Assembly: GCA_002256025.1 (NCBI GenBank)
Contig: NKIB01012837.1
Span: 49,802 to 69,801, forward strand
Length of the DNA stretch: 20,000 nucleotides
Direction of reading: 5' to 3'
Origin: Asterionella formosa
Taxonomy: Eukaryota
The notes under the pieces are model-generated. The model ran no database searches. It saw only the letters and a list, made by a program, of their open reading frames with translations, and had not been told where the DNA came from. The first letter of the stretch is position 1, and every line of letters begins with the position of its first letter. Shown here piece after piece: positions 1 through 10,001 of this stretch. The translations under genes were made by a program, and so were the position numbers.

Positions 1-2754
1 GTAGTGGACTTGCGTTCTGCAAAAGCGTTGTTGAATAAGTATGCCTTGACGGTGCCTCTCGACGCTTCAGCCCGAAAGTCGCGAGAATCGTACTTGCTTA
101 ACATGCCGACTTTTGAAGAGTTTCAGTTGATTTTGCCTTCACACCTTCCACCTGATGTCCGAGTGATAGAACTACCATCAGTTTATCAGGCAGCACAGCG
201 GGGTGAACGACATCACATATTGGCATTGATGGCATGTGTTCGATTGCACAAGCTACATCTTTTGAATGAAAGGCTCCTTCCTCTCACAAGAATTGATTTA
301 TGCGAGAAACTATTAAATGTTGTCAGAAATGAATTTCCTCCATTCATGAAGGGTGACATGCACAGTCGAGGCCTTGCAATTGGAGAACAAAAAGAGATCT
401 TTGCGTACCCTATTGTCCAGTTTGGGGTCAAGATGAATGCCTTTCGGAAAATACTCAAAGGTGACCTTTGCTCGCTTGTAGTATTGTCTGTGACGAAGAT
501 TAAAGGAATTTCAGCGGAGACATATAAGCACCCCGAGATCGGCGAGATAATTTTTCAACTTGGCTCTGAGCGCAAGCAAACGCTGACCATGGACGAATGG
601 GCCCTCTGCTCGAACTTTTTCGCCATTTTATTCCAGTTTCGCTGGAGCAGAAAGTCGAAACAAGAATGGTTTCGTCCACGCAGCTGGGATGTTACGCAAG
701 ATGTACTGCCACCATACACTGTTGGTATCTTGAACATCAATGGACAATTGGATTGGGAGTACATGCGAAGGACAATTAACGAAAGCTCGCGTGACAATGA
801 ACAATGCTTTAATGCTTGCCAGTCATATTCCGTAAATGATACCGATTCTAAACCGAGACTTTGCGGAACAGCATATAACCCAAATGTAACGTACATTGTT
901 CACGGTCCCGTTGGACTGGATTGCAGCGCTAGGTTTCCGGAAAAGCTTGGGGGAGTCGATACCTTTCGTGACTATTACAAACAGATATGGAATATAACAG
1001 TTTCTATGGACACTCCTCTATTACTTGCTCAGCCCCTTTGGTTTCTTCCAGTAAAGCCATTGTCTTGTGATAGTGTGCAAACACGTGTGCACCAGTACAA
1101 TGTCGAAAACTATTACGTCCAGGACGGTACTCTTGGTGACAAGCACGTAGAAACAATTGGCGAGCTTGCCACAGTATTACTGCCACAAACTGTCTGCTCA
1201 GAGAATTTTCTTGGCGATGCTTCTCTCGCGCTTCTGACTGTCATGCTTCCTCAATTCCTCCACAATGTCGACCGCCATTTGATTTCGCAAGTAATGGTCA
1301 AGCATTGTTTGATAAACTTGCCTAGTCTTGGAGCGTACCTGCAAGACGTTCCCGTTGTGAATATCATCGAAGCCTTGACAGCGAAAGGGGCGGACCTTGA
1401 AAGAACATATGATCAATTAGAATGGGTTGGAGATTCGGTTTTGAAGCTAGTTCAAACTGATGCCATCCTTAACAATCCAGAGCTCCAATTGTGGGTTCAA
1501 AATCTTCACGAAGGTGATCTGACCATGCTCAGAAGTGCAATATGCAACAACAAGTTTCTTTGCAATGCATGCCAGCAAGTCGGTATCGATCGTTTCATCC
1601 ACGTTACCCCGTTGGCTCGTGGGAAGTGGATTCCAGTCAATCTTGAACTCCATTATTACGGAGGGTCCGAAATTAGACTTCCATATGAAGCAAGCCCTAG
1701 CATGAAAGTGTGTGCAGATGTGATCGAATCTTTGCTTGGCATGATTTACCTTAAGTTTGGCTATTCAGCGGCCGTGGAAGTCGCTCAGGAATTTGGCGTT
1801 TCTCTGCATGTTGCCGAAAAACTCAGTGCGCAAAAGTCCAAGCTACATGTCACTCCACGCCGTTTGCTGATGGAACTAGTATCGACCCTGACAAGGAAAA
1901 TCAGTTTTGAAAATCCTGGGCTCGTGGAGGAAGCTCTGACGCATTGCAGCGCATTGTGCAAAGACGTTTCCTCGTATCAGAAATTGGAGTGGGTTGGAGA
2001 TGCTGTATTGTGCATAGCAGTTCGAGAATGGATCTATACTAACTATCCAAATGTTTCTGTCGGTGATATGGTAACAATGGAGGCTGCACTGGTTTCGAAC
2101 GAAATACTTGCTTATCAGTCTGTGAAGACTGGGCTTCATAAATTCATTATTCATCGTGACCAATATTTGCCACCCCGTCTTGAGCATTACGCATGGAGTA
2201 TAGAAGGGGGTCGCCGCGGTATTTGGGGAACCGATCCCCCGAAAATTCTTTCGGATGTGGTTGAATCTGTTCTGGGTGCCGTGCATATGGACGGTGGTTT
2301 TGATGAGGGTCAGACAGCGGTGCTGTCGTTGATGGCTCCAATCTTAAAAGCAATGAAAGAGACGCAGTGCGCCAAGCTGCTCACCCATCCCAAGACTTCT
2401 CTGAATGAACTCGGCGGCTTATTTCTTCGTATCAATGTCACTAGGGAAGATTCGTTTTCCAGAAGTCGGATCGGACTTCTTAGTGTTTGGCAAGGACAGT
2501 GTTTCCGAGATGCAGATTTCCATGGGTCGGATTATGTAGCTACCGTGAGTTCCATTGGGATAGACCTTATTTCTGTCGCTGAGCCGAGCAAAAAAGCAGC
2601 TCGCAACCGGGCCTGTGCCTTGGTGGTTGCTGTTCTACTAGCCAATCCCAGCTTGTTAGAGAGATTGACGGTGATTTCTAGGATTGTTTACGGTGGACAT
2701 GCACTGGCAGAACAACAAGAGCACGCGAGTGAATCCGAACCGGAAGCGAAGTAG
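1..2754 (+). CDS. DCR: Dicer-like endoribonuclease, 5'-truncated by the window (Dicer dsRNA-binding fold, PAZ-like region, RNase IIIa, RNase IIIb, degenerate dsRBD)
   Basis: Frame is open from base 1 (GTA GTG GAC). N-terminal 'SAKALLNKYALTVPLD...ACVRLHKLHLLNERLLP' fits the Dicer dimerisation fold. 'TFRDYYKQIWNITV..PLL' is PAZ-like. There are two RNase III signatures with their second acidic motifs: 'YDQLEWVGDSVLK...CADVIESLLG' and 'YQKLEWVGDAVL...LSDVVESVLGAV'. C-terminal 'HPKTSLNEL...SKKAARNRAC' is dsRBD-like. Confidence 0.93.
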   Translation, partial: VVDLRSAKALLNKYALTVPLDASARKSRESYLLNMPTFEEFQLILPSHLPPDVRVIELPSVYQAAQRGERHHILALMACVRLHKLHLLNERLLPLTRIDLCEKLLNVVRNEFPPFMKGDMHSRGLAIGEQKEIFAYPIVQFGVKMNAFRKILKGDLCSLVVLSVTKIKGISAETYKHPEIGEIIFQLGSERKQTLTMDEWALCSNFFAILFQFRWSRKSKQEWFRPRSWDVTQDVLPPYTVGILNINGQLDWEYMRRTINESSRDNEQCFNACQSYSVNDTDSKPRLCGTAYNPNVTYIVHGPVGLDCSARFPEKLGGVDTFRDYYKQIWNITVSMDTPLLLAQPLWFLPVKPLSCDSVQTRVHQYNVENYYVQDGTLGDKHVETIGELATVLLPQTVCSENFLGDASLALLTVMLPQFLHNVDRHLISQVMVKHCLINLPSLGAYLQDVPVVNIIEALTAKGADLERTYDQLEWVGDSVLKLVQTDAILNNPELQLWVQNLHEGDLTMLRSAICNNKFLCNACQQVGIDRFIHVTPLARGKWIPVNLELHYYGGSEIRLPYEASPSMKVCADVIESLLGMIYLKFGYSAAVEVAQEFGVSLHVAEKLSAQKSKLHVTPRRLLMELVSTLTRKISFENPGLVEEALTHCSALCKDVSSYQKLEWVGDAVLCIAVREWIYTNYPNVSVGDMVTMEAALVSNEILAYQSVKTGLHKFIIHRDQYLPPRLEHYAWSIEGGRRGIWGTDPPKILSDVVESVLGAVHMDGGFDEGQTAVLSLMAPILKAMKETQCAKLLTHPKTSLNELGGLFLRINVTREDSFSRSRIGLLSVWQGQCFRDADFHGSDYVATVSSIGIDLISVAEPSKKAARNRACALVVAVLLANPSLLERLTVISRIVYGGHALAEQQEHASESEPEAK

Positions 2755-3175
2755 ATAAATTACTATTAACTGGAACGGAAGAGTCTTGCATGTCCGCGCT
2801 TCATCGTGTTTGTAATAATCAAAAGAGAACGACACACAGGGTGAATGACACAGTACCTGGTGTGATTGATGGGGCTATCGTACTAGTATTATAAATTTGG
2901 CGATATACATTCCCATTATTGTGTTTCGTAGATGTACAGCGACCCTCTAACTAATTTGGAATAGCATTGCTTGTTAATCAAGTAAGTAATGCATTTTCTC
3001 CAACAACTTACGGCACTATAAGAAACAGGTGTGATTGAATCTAATTGAATCATTGAAAGATCGAAGAGCATTGCGCTTCTAGTCATCAGTATTTCCTATA
3101 TTTATGGATGCATAGTCTTGACATAATGATTTGCGGATGGACTCCAATAGTTCTATGTGTTCTCCCTGTTTGCAG

Positions 3176-4720
3176 CTATTTCTTGGATGTTTTCGCGTTG
3201 TACATTCCGTCCGCCTCTTTTCGAGTTGGGACGAGGTTACTTAACTTCCAAGCGCTTGAAAGCCATAGCAGGGACGCTCCAGTTGTCATTACCGATAGCT
3301 CTTGCAAGCCAAAGTTTCCAAATACTGCTGTCAAAGCACTTAAGCATAAGCTCATGCTGGACTTGCCAAACCGATAACCAAATACCCCAATGATTTCTTT
3401 ACCAACGTAGCGACTCTCAAAGTCCAATGGAACGTACACCATTTCGTCTAACATACGACGAGCAGAATACTCCAAAGTCTTTTGGACCAATAGTGATGCA
3501 CTCACAATAAATAAAGAGGGGTCAACTTGGGAGGCTTGAAAGGCAGTAAAGACAACAGTAATCAAAGGCATAGCTCTCCAAAGGTCCCGAGGTTCAATAA
3601 CTTGCATCAATGGTGGTAAGACCCCAAACTGCAAGATCATGCTAAAAACATTAATGAGGGCGAAAAATTTGCCCATCCATCCAGCTCGCTCACTATCATT
3701 GGGAATGGCACTGCTGAGCTTCACAACAAAACAAACATTGAGAAGTGTCGCAAGTCCTTGGGAGGACAATATTTCCAAAAACAAAGCCCATAGTGTAGGA
3801 ACCCTTGAAAAGAGGTTTGACGCCTTTTGAAACATACCAATTTCTTGAGAAGGTGCCTTTGTCTTCTTTTTGTCTTTCGTGGTAGAATGATGGTCGTCTG
3901 ACGGGGTGAAACCATATCGATCCGAAATTGCGTAGGCCTTGGTTGTGGCAAGCAAACTCAACATCATCATAATTCCGGTTCCAATGAGTGCCCCTGAAAG
4001 ACCAACCTTGTCGACAACCCGAGAAACATTAATACCTGCAAGTGCTGATGTAATTGAGGTCAAACCTGATATTGGTGCAAACCACTTGGCAGATTGGGAG
4101 GGGGTCAATACTGACGACATAAAGGACCAGTACTGACTAGTGATTAGTTGAACATACGCTTCTCGGAAGACGAATAAAGGTCCAGCAATGAATTTAACCA
4201 AAGGAATATTGAACAAAGTCACAGCTGAGCCCGATTGTTCCAAATATATGATGGCCAATGCCGACGCAACAAGGACCGAGGCGCAAAATGTAGTCGTACG
4301 CGACAAGGCTCCTTTTGGACCATTAGCCTCCAAAGTTTTTCCATATCCCATCAAAAGTAACAAGGACGCTGGACTGACAAAAGCCATAGCGAGCGGGAAG
4401 GCCGCTGGAGCATCGGCATATCCAGTAGATGCCGAAGTGAATATGGCCAATGTCGAAGGTCGAGCAAATGAATATCCAAGATAGTGAAAGGACATGGCAA
4501 TTGCCATACAAATCACAGATCGTGCCTTTGGTGTCACTGACTGGCCAAGTATGTGCAGATTATCGTCATCTGCTTGTTTCGCCACGCCGGAAATTCTCTT
4601 GGTAGATGCCACCGCCGATGACATGGCAGTTGCAGCTAAAATTGCGGCGCCTCCTCGTCCCAACTGAAGCGCCCGGTGCAGGGAGGGGAGACTGGAGGCT
4701 GCTAAGCTAGCGACAGTCAT
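3176..4720 (-). CDS. NTT: NTT/TLC-family (ATP/ADP translocase-like) nucleotide transporter, MFS fold
   Basis: 514-aa ORF with many hydrophobic helices. Family-like motifs are 'VQLITSQYWSFMSSVLTPSQSAKWFAPISG' and 'KTLEYSARRMLDEMVYVPLDFESRYVGKEIIGVFGYRFGKS', with a charged central loop 'KDKKKTK'. Confidence 0.8.
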   Translation of the reverse strand: MTVASLAASSLPSLHRALQLGRGGAAILAATAMSSAVASTKRISGVAKQADDDNLHILGQSVTPKARSVICMAIAMSFHYLGYSFARPSTLAIFTSASTGYADAPAAFPLAMAFVSPASLLLLMGYGKTLEANGPKGALSRTTTFCASVLVASALAIIYLEQSGSAVTLFNIPLVKFIAGPLFVFREAYVQLITSQYWSFMSSVLTPSQSAKWFAPISGLTSITSALAGINVSRVVDKVGLSGALIGTGIMMMLSLLATTKAYAISDRYGFTPSDDHHSTTKDKKKTKAPSQEIGMFQKASNLFSRVPTLWALFLEILSSQGLATLLNVCFVVKLSSAIPNDSERAGWMGKFFALINVFSMILQFGVLPPLMQVIEPRDLWRAMPLITVVFTAFQASQVDPSLFIVSASLLVQKTLEYSARRMLDEMVYVPLDFESRYVGKEIIGVFGYRFGKSSMSLCLSALTAVFGNFGLQELSVMTTGASLLWLSSAWKLSNLVPTRKEADGMYNAKTSKK

Positions 4721-4988
4721 CTTTGGGTAAAAGAAGCGAAGGAGCTTATATGTAGGCTATCGGTATTGCAACTGGCCTACAGTTCCTTCATCACAAAATT
4801 GTGATGTCGTGTAATAGTGGTGCCACCAATAATGCAGACATCACTGTGAACATCACTGTGTGTGATTGCCGCGAGACATCACTGGGAAAAAAGTGATGGC
4901 TCCAAAACAAAGGAAAACGCACCACCATCATCAGCCAGCCAAAAGGCGGTTAGCGTTACAGGTAGGGTTTCCAATTGCGGTGAATTAT

Positions 4989-5142
4989 TACCTGCTGGTA
5001 GGTTGACTCTGTAGCAGGTACCTGTTACCACCAGCTAGCTACCTGCTACCAGGTACCAGGTACCAGGTACCTGTCGTTAGTAGCTACACTACGAACCTGG
5101 AGGAGAGTGATGTTGTAAATTCACCGGTGCTTACCGGTACTA
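4989..5142. repeat. TACCAGG/GGTACC micro-repeat tract between the divergent NTT and hemW genes
   Basis: (TACCAGG)x3 plus TACC at 5047-5071, with degenerate copies (TACCTG, CAGGTA, TACCGGTA) around it. Confidence 0.8.
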
Positions 5143-5420
5143 CTGTTTAGAATGTATCATGGGGTTTTGCCTAACTTTGACAGTGGCGATGAATATATAG
5201 GGTAGACCTAACTGGACAAATGATGTCGTATGGTTGTGCCGCGAAACGTTCGTTTTGTTGCTCCATTTGTAGCATGATACGTGCGATGAAACGTATCATG
5301 TGGTCATGAATTTTATCGGGTACCAGGGTACTGGCACCGGGTTTCCGCTGCTCAGCATACAGTCATAGTACCCGGTAATTTACTACAGTTAGGACAAAGC
5401 AAAACAGCAAGAAGAAAGCA

Positions 5421-6935
5421 ATGGCACAATCTTCTTACGAGAAGAGGATAGACTATGATAACAATGGTGATACAATTCCCATGAAGGTCCAGAACTCCAG
5501 GCTACGGCGGGCCCTGTCGCTGTCCTTCCTACTTAACCTTCAATCGCTTTTTCTATCTGCCGATGCCCTTTGTGCGAATGCAAGAATACAAACGAGCTCG
5601 GAGCGCATAGTTCCTCCACAGTCTGAGGGTGGAAACCACAACGACGAGGCACCTCTTGGTATTTACGTCCACATTCCTTACTGCCGAAGACGATGTCGAT
5701 ATTGTGATTTCGCCATTGTTCCGATAGGCATTAGCGCTAGAGACTCAAATGCCGACGACCGAGCGACCCAGGGATTTCTTCGAATGGATCACGCGTATCG
5801 TCAAGCCCTTCTTGATGAATTAGCTCTGATACAAAAGCATTCTGCTACAAGGAAGACTCCCGTTCAATCCATTTACTTTGGAGGAGGAACTCCGTCTTTA
5901 GCTCCTGTCGAGACTATAGCTGCTATACTGAACCAGATCCAATCTTCATCGTGTTTTCAACTTCGTAATGATGTTGAAATCACCATGGAGATGGACCCCG
6001 GAACCTTTGGACTGGAGAAGCTGCAGGCTTTGAAAGAATTAGGGGTCAATCGCATATCTCTGGGAGTACAATCATTCGATGACGTAGTACTTGAACAAAT
6101 TGGACGAGTGCATCGCTCATTGGATATTTCAAACTCATTGAAGATGATTCAACAAGTATTTGGTGAATACCCTAACTATTCTATTGATTTGATTTCTGGC
6201 CTTCCTGGGACCAGTCTTGCTAACTGGGTGGAAACCTTGGAACAAGCTACAAAACTATCACCAAAGCCAACCCACCTATCCTTATACGATTTGCAGATTG
6301 AATCTGGAACAGTATTCGATAAGTGGTACAGCGAACCACAAAAGCAAACTGGAATTACCATACCCTCGTCGGATGATTGTGCATTCATGTATAAGTATGC
6401 ATCTGGCTTCTTGAGACAATTTGGATATCATCACTATGAAATATCTTCGTACTCCTTACCAGGATATCGATCCCGTCACAACCAAATTTATTGGCATCCT
6501 CGATCGACTTGGTGTGCTATTGGCCTTGGTGCTACCAGTAGTGTGAATGGTACAAGGTACAGTCGACCAAGAGCCATGCAAGATTATGTGCATTGGGTAC
6601 AACAGCAGCAGCAGTATGAAATAATGGGAGTTCCAGAGTGGATGGTGCAAGACAGGGCCTTGGACCATCTAGACCGATTGACAGATGTCATCATGACCCG
6701 GCTGCGGACATCAGAGGGACTTGATCTGGATGATGTGGAACAAGAATATGGTCAAGACAAGGTCAATAGAATTCTTAGGGGGGTACAACTGGGGATTGAC
6801 CTCCAACTAGCACGGAGAATTGGAGAAGAAAAGGGTCGCAAGCATGGTGTGTTGCGGCTGAATGATCCTGCAGGCTTTTTGTTTTCCAACTCAATTATTT
6901 CTAGTATTTTTGTAGAATTAGGAGTCGAAAGTTAA
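5421..6935 (+). CDS. hemW: Radical SAM heme chaperone HemW/RSAD1 (HemN-like), probably plastid-targeted; start may be ATG 5481
   Basis: 'YVHIPYCRRRCRYCDF' gives CxxxCxxC followed by DF, as in HemW rather than HemN. Also present are 'SIYFGGGTPS', 'GVNRISLGVQSF', 'HYEISSYS' and the HemW-type 'HNQIYW'. Confidence 0.9.
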   Translation: MAQSSYEKRIDYDNNGDTIPMKVQNSRLRRALSLSFLLNLQSLFLSADALCANARIQTSSERIVPPQSEGGNHNDEAPLGIYVHIPYCRRRCRYCDFAIVPIGISARDSNADDRATQGFLRMDHAYRQALLDELALIQKHSATRKTPVQSIYFGGGTPSLAPVETIAAILNQIQSSSCFQLRNDVEITMEMDPGTFGLEKLQALKELGVNRISLGVQSFDDVVLEQIGRVHRSLDISNSLKMIQQVFGEYPNYSIDLISGLPGTSLANWVETLEQATKLSPKPTHLSLYDLQIESGTVFDKWYSEPQKQTGITIPSSDDCAFMYKYASGFLRQFGYHHYEISSYSLPGYRSRHNQIYWHPRSTWCAIGLGATSSVNGTRYSRPRAMQDYVHWVQQQQQYEIMGVPEWMVQDRALDHLDRLTDVIMTRLRTSEGLDLDDVEQEYGQDKVNRILRGVQLGIDLQLARRIGEEKGRKHGVLRLNDPAGFLFSNSIISSIFVELGVES

Positions 6936-7311
6936 ATCTCCTCTATCGCATTCCTTCAAAACTTAAGAGCTTGAGGCCATCATGGATGGGAAGTATCAGT
7001 ATAATTCAAAAGCTGATATACCGAAATATCCTCTTTTCCGCTAGGACCTCGACCTCTACATGAGAGTGCCATAACCCTAATAGGCATTGCACTGCACTGC
7101 AAGTACCGCTACCGCTAACCCTATATAGACATCCGGAATTTACTGTACATACCAGTGCGGTACCGGTCCCTCGTGATTTGAAAATGATCATACCGGAAAG
7201 ATTGTATTGTTACTACTAGCTGTAGACGAGGTGTGTGATATAAGATAGTATTTCTCGGCTTGTTTCCCTTTCATTTCACTCTTTGCCAGAACCCATTACA
7301 TTACATTAAAC

Positions 7312-8886
7312 ATGGATCAGTCGTACCGTGAGGCTGACGAGCCGGCGACCAAACGAAGCAAAATTCCCAATGACAACGAGAACCCTAGCCCGATACCAAC
7401 AGTCAATTTATCATCTTCGCATAACACTCCATTGAGTATAGAGGGCCTTCTCTCCATTCCGTTGGTTGTCATCTTTCGACAAGTCTCGTCAAGCAATAGA
7501 TTCAAACCACTCCTGACACGCACTGAAGCACAATCGATGATACGGATCAATATGTTGGCGCAACAAGGCGATGTTCTGATTCAACTGGCCTTTGATACAC
7601 TAGCCAAGAAACGATGGTGCAAGTGCATCGAACCCATTGTAGTTTCGCATCCGATCCTTAGATCTCTGGTACCACTCCTACACTGTCACGGAATGACCGA
7701 TAAGGCATTGATGTATATACAGCAAGAAATATCCAAGGTCCTGCAGGAGCTGACATCCTTGTCCACGCTGATGCAACAGTTCGCGGAACAAAACTATACC
7801 CTTGCAGAAAGCTTGTTGGATGCCTTGGGCGGCAATTCTCTGGCGGAAGAAAAGAAGTTATTGGGAGATTTAGAGGAGGAAATATTTGGACGGTGCAACG
7901 AACTGCTGCAAATGACGGAATGTCAAAGTACAGGAAGCGCTGTGAATCCTTTGTCCATGAAGAACTTTTGCGAATCCCTTTTTGGCGAAACCACGACAGC
8001 CGAGACTCAGAGATATGGAATGCACACCATTGTAGAAAATAGTCAACAAAGGAAGCAACTTCCAGAAGAGGCGACGGATAAGGGTGACCAAGCAGGAGAA
8101 TGTTGTACCAACCGAGAACTTGGCTCCGACGGGAATGTGGTTGTTCTAAATACGATGGCGAATCGAAAGATATTCAAGCCCAACGAAAGTAAGACGATAG
8201 GCGAAAGTGAGTTACCAGGTGCTGCATCGGAGGGTTTGAACCCGACTGTGGCTACGGCTACTGGACCAAAACACAACGCCGATGATGTTGACGAGCAGTC
8301 ACAACCAGGAGGGGAAGACACACACCCATCAGCACTCCATGTGATGCAGATCAATGCGACGATGGAGATAGGATCAACTGAACAGCAGCATGAATTAGAG
8401 GGGGGCGATGCACCACGAAATGAATTGATCTACAACGAGGACATAAATGCGGAACTCAGTCCCAAAAAATTTCACCAGCCAAAACCAAATTATCCCGACG
8501 CAAAAAAGAAGGAATGCAAACGAAGCAGTAGTCAGGAGATTCGCATGAGCGCGGCCCTCGCATTGATACAAGGTGCCAAACAATCCTCAATAAAACCAGC
8601 TAATGCGAACGAACCTACAAAGCCTCCAAAATTCAACAATACAACCGAACGAACAAGTTTTCAGCAACGAGGCACACATTCAAAGGCGCGGAAAATCGAC
8701 ATACTTTTCCAAAATCAATCGCCATTAAATGCAGAAACGAGCATTGTCATTCATCAAGACTTGAGGCATCAGGCATCGGTGTCAACAAAGCAGAGTCCTC
8801 CACTGATTGAACACTACAGCAACATGGCAAATACTCAGAGTGCAATTCATGCATTGCAGCGTCTAAGCAACGGTGATCTTCACTAG
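7312..8886 (+). CDS. Hypothetical protein: helical N-terminal half, acidic/low-complexity C-terminal half, NLS-like 'PATKRSK'
   Basis: Uninterrupted 524-codon ORF with AAAC-ATG start context and gene-like CpG content. No family recognised. Confidence 0.7.
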   Translation: MDQSYREADEPATKRSKIPNDNENPSPIPTVNLSSSHNTPLSIEGLLSIPLVVIFRQVSSSNRFKPLLTRTEAQSMIRINMLAQQGDVLIQLAFDTLAKKRWCKCIEPIVVSHPILRSLVPLLHCHGMTDKALMYIQQEISKVLQELTSLSTLMQQFAEQNYTLAESLLDALGGNSLAEEKKLLGDLEEEIFGRCNELLQMTECQSTGSAVNPLSMKNFCESLFGETTTAETQRYGMHTIVENSQQRKQLPEEATDKGDQAGECCTNRELGSDGNVVVLNTMANRKIFKPNESKTIGESELPGAASEGLNPTVATATGPKHNADDVDEQSQPGGEDTHPSALHVMQINATMEIGSTEQQHELEGGDAPRNELIYNEDINAELSPKKFHQPKPNYPDAKKKECKRSSSQEIRMSAALALIQGAKQSSIKPANANEPTKPPKFNNTTERTSFQQRGTHSKARKIDILFQNQSPLNAETSIVIHQDLRHQASVSTKQSPPLIEHYSNMANTQSAIHALQRLSNGDLH

Positions 8887-9095
8887 TTGGGCTGGAAATA
8901 GTAAAATAATGGCCAATAGGACTCTTTCAAATGCTTGAATGGCGAAACATATTGTTTATTGGTTTTCAGTCAAAGGTTGCAGCTGCTATTATCACTTGAT
9001 CCGTACATGGAAGTTTCGGACGAGTGCTAGTGCATCGATTAGGGGTTCAGGTAAGCGGAATACAGTATATCGAGCATGTGAGAATGCTATTCAGT

Positions 9096-10001
9096 TTAAC
9101 CCAAGAGTGGAGTGTGGAAAAGAAGGGTCTGAGTAGTAGCTCCAACAAATGCAATCATAGCAAGACGAGAGTGCACAACTTCTTGGGCCTGGATTCTCTT
9201 GACCTCAGCGGCGCTCTTTCCTTCAAGAAGCCCAAGGAAGTCCCAGCCAATATCACCAGGCATGCCCTCAGCATAATGCTTGTTGAAGGTTGCAATCTCA
9301 ATAGCTCCAATAGCACAGAAGACTTGCAAGTTTCCGGCGAATCCAACTTGGGCGACGGCAGCGAAAGGGTCAGTGTTGGTGAATTGATCACCAGGGATGT
9401 GCCATCCTGATCCGAAAGGACCATATTCTTGGGTGACCATACCGAGAATAGCAAGCATGCAAATGCGGCCATGCTTCAGTTCAGACCAACGGGCGTACTT
9501 CAAGTCAGCCTGGATCTCCGAAAGGCCCATAGGGTCGAATCCAACATCACCAGCCATGGAGCCATCAAGCTTTTCAGGGCGGACCAAGAAAGGAATGGAC
9601 TCGGACATTTCAGCGTTCAAAGAAACATCAGCCCGTGAAAACTGCGAAGCAAGGGAAACTATGTGAGAAAACTAACTGGCACAACATAGCGACGACGCCG
9701 CCGTGGTCAATAGTTTTTCATTTATGTGTCAATGCCAAGAGAGCAGGGACATCTTAAATAAATAACCAATTTATGAGGATATATTTTCAGGGAACAAACT
9801 CCTTCATAAAAAGCGCTCGTCCGATTAGGAAGAAAGATCTTCATTGCCTAAATATTTTCTTCGCATCCGCTTGAAAACCGCAATGAGTAAATATGTTGAA
9901 CACTTTCTTCCACAATGAAGCTGACGTACCACCTTGGAGGAAGGTGCAAAGGCGGAGGCAGAAGCCAGCAAAGAAGCAAGGACGATGTTTCGGAGCACCA
10001 T
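9096..10001 (-). CDS. Lhcr: Fucoxanthin-chlorophyll a/c light-harvesting protein, Lhcr-like; 2 exons (10001-9930, 9641-9096), 205 aa
   Basis: Exon 1 encodes MVLRNIVLASLLASASAFAPSSKV (signal peptide plus ASAFAP). The intron 9929-9642 has a GTACGT donor, a CTCAC branch-like site and a CAG acceptor, and joins in phase 0 to FSRADVSLNAEMSESIPF. LHC motifs are 'GDVGFDPMGLS', 'ELKHGRICMLA' and 'EVVHSRLAMIA'. Subfamily is by resemblance only. Confidence 0.92.

Noticed and set aside
5047..5071. TACCAGG repeats as a CRISPR array
   Set aside because: These are 7-bp tandem units without spacers, in a eukaryotic context with no cas genes.
5421..6935. Annotation as oxygen-independent coproporphyrinogen III oxidase HemN
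   Set aside because: CxxCDF and HNxxYW indicate the HemW clade.
213..9666. Short ORFs overlapping Dicer, NTT, hemW, the orphan gene and Lhcr
   Set aside because: They are antisense or alternate-frame shadows of well-supported genes and show no motifs.
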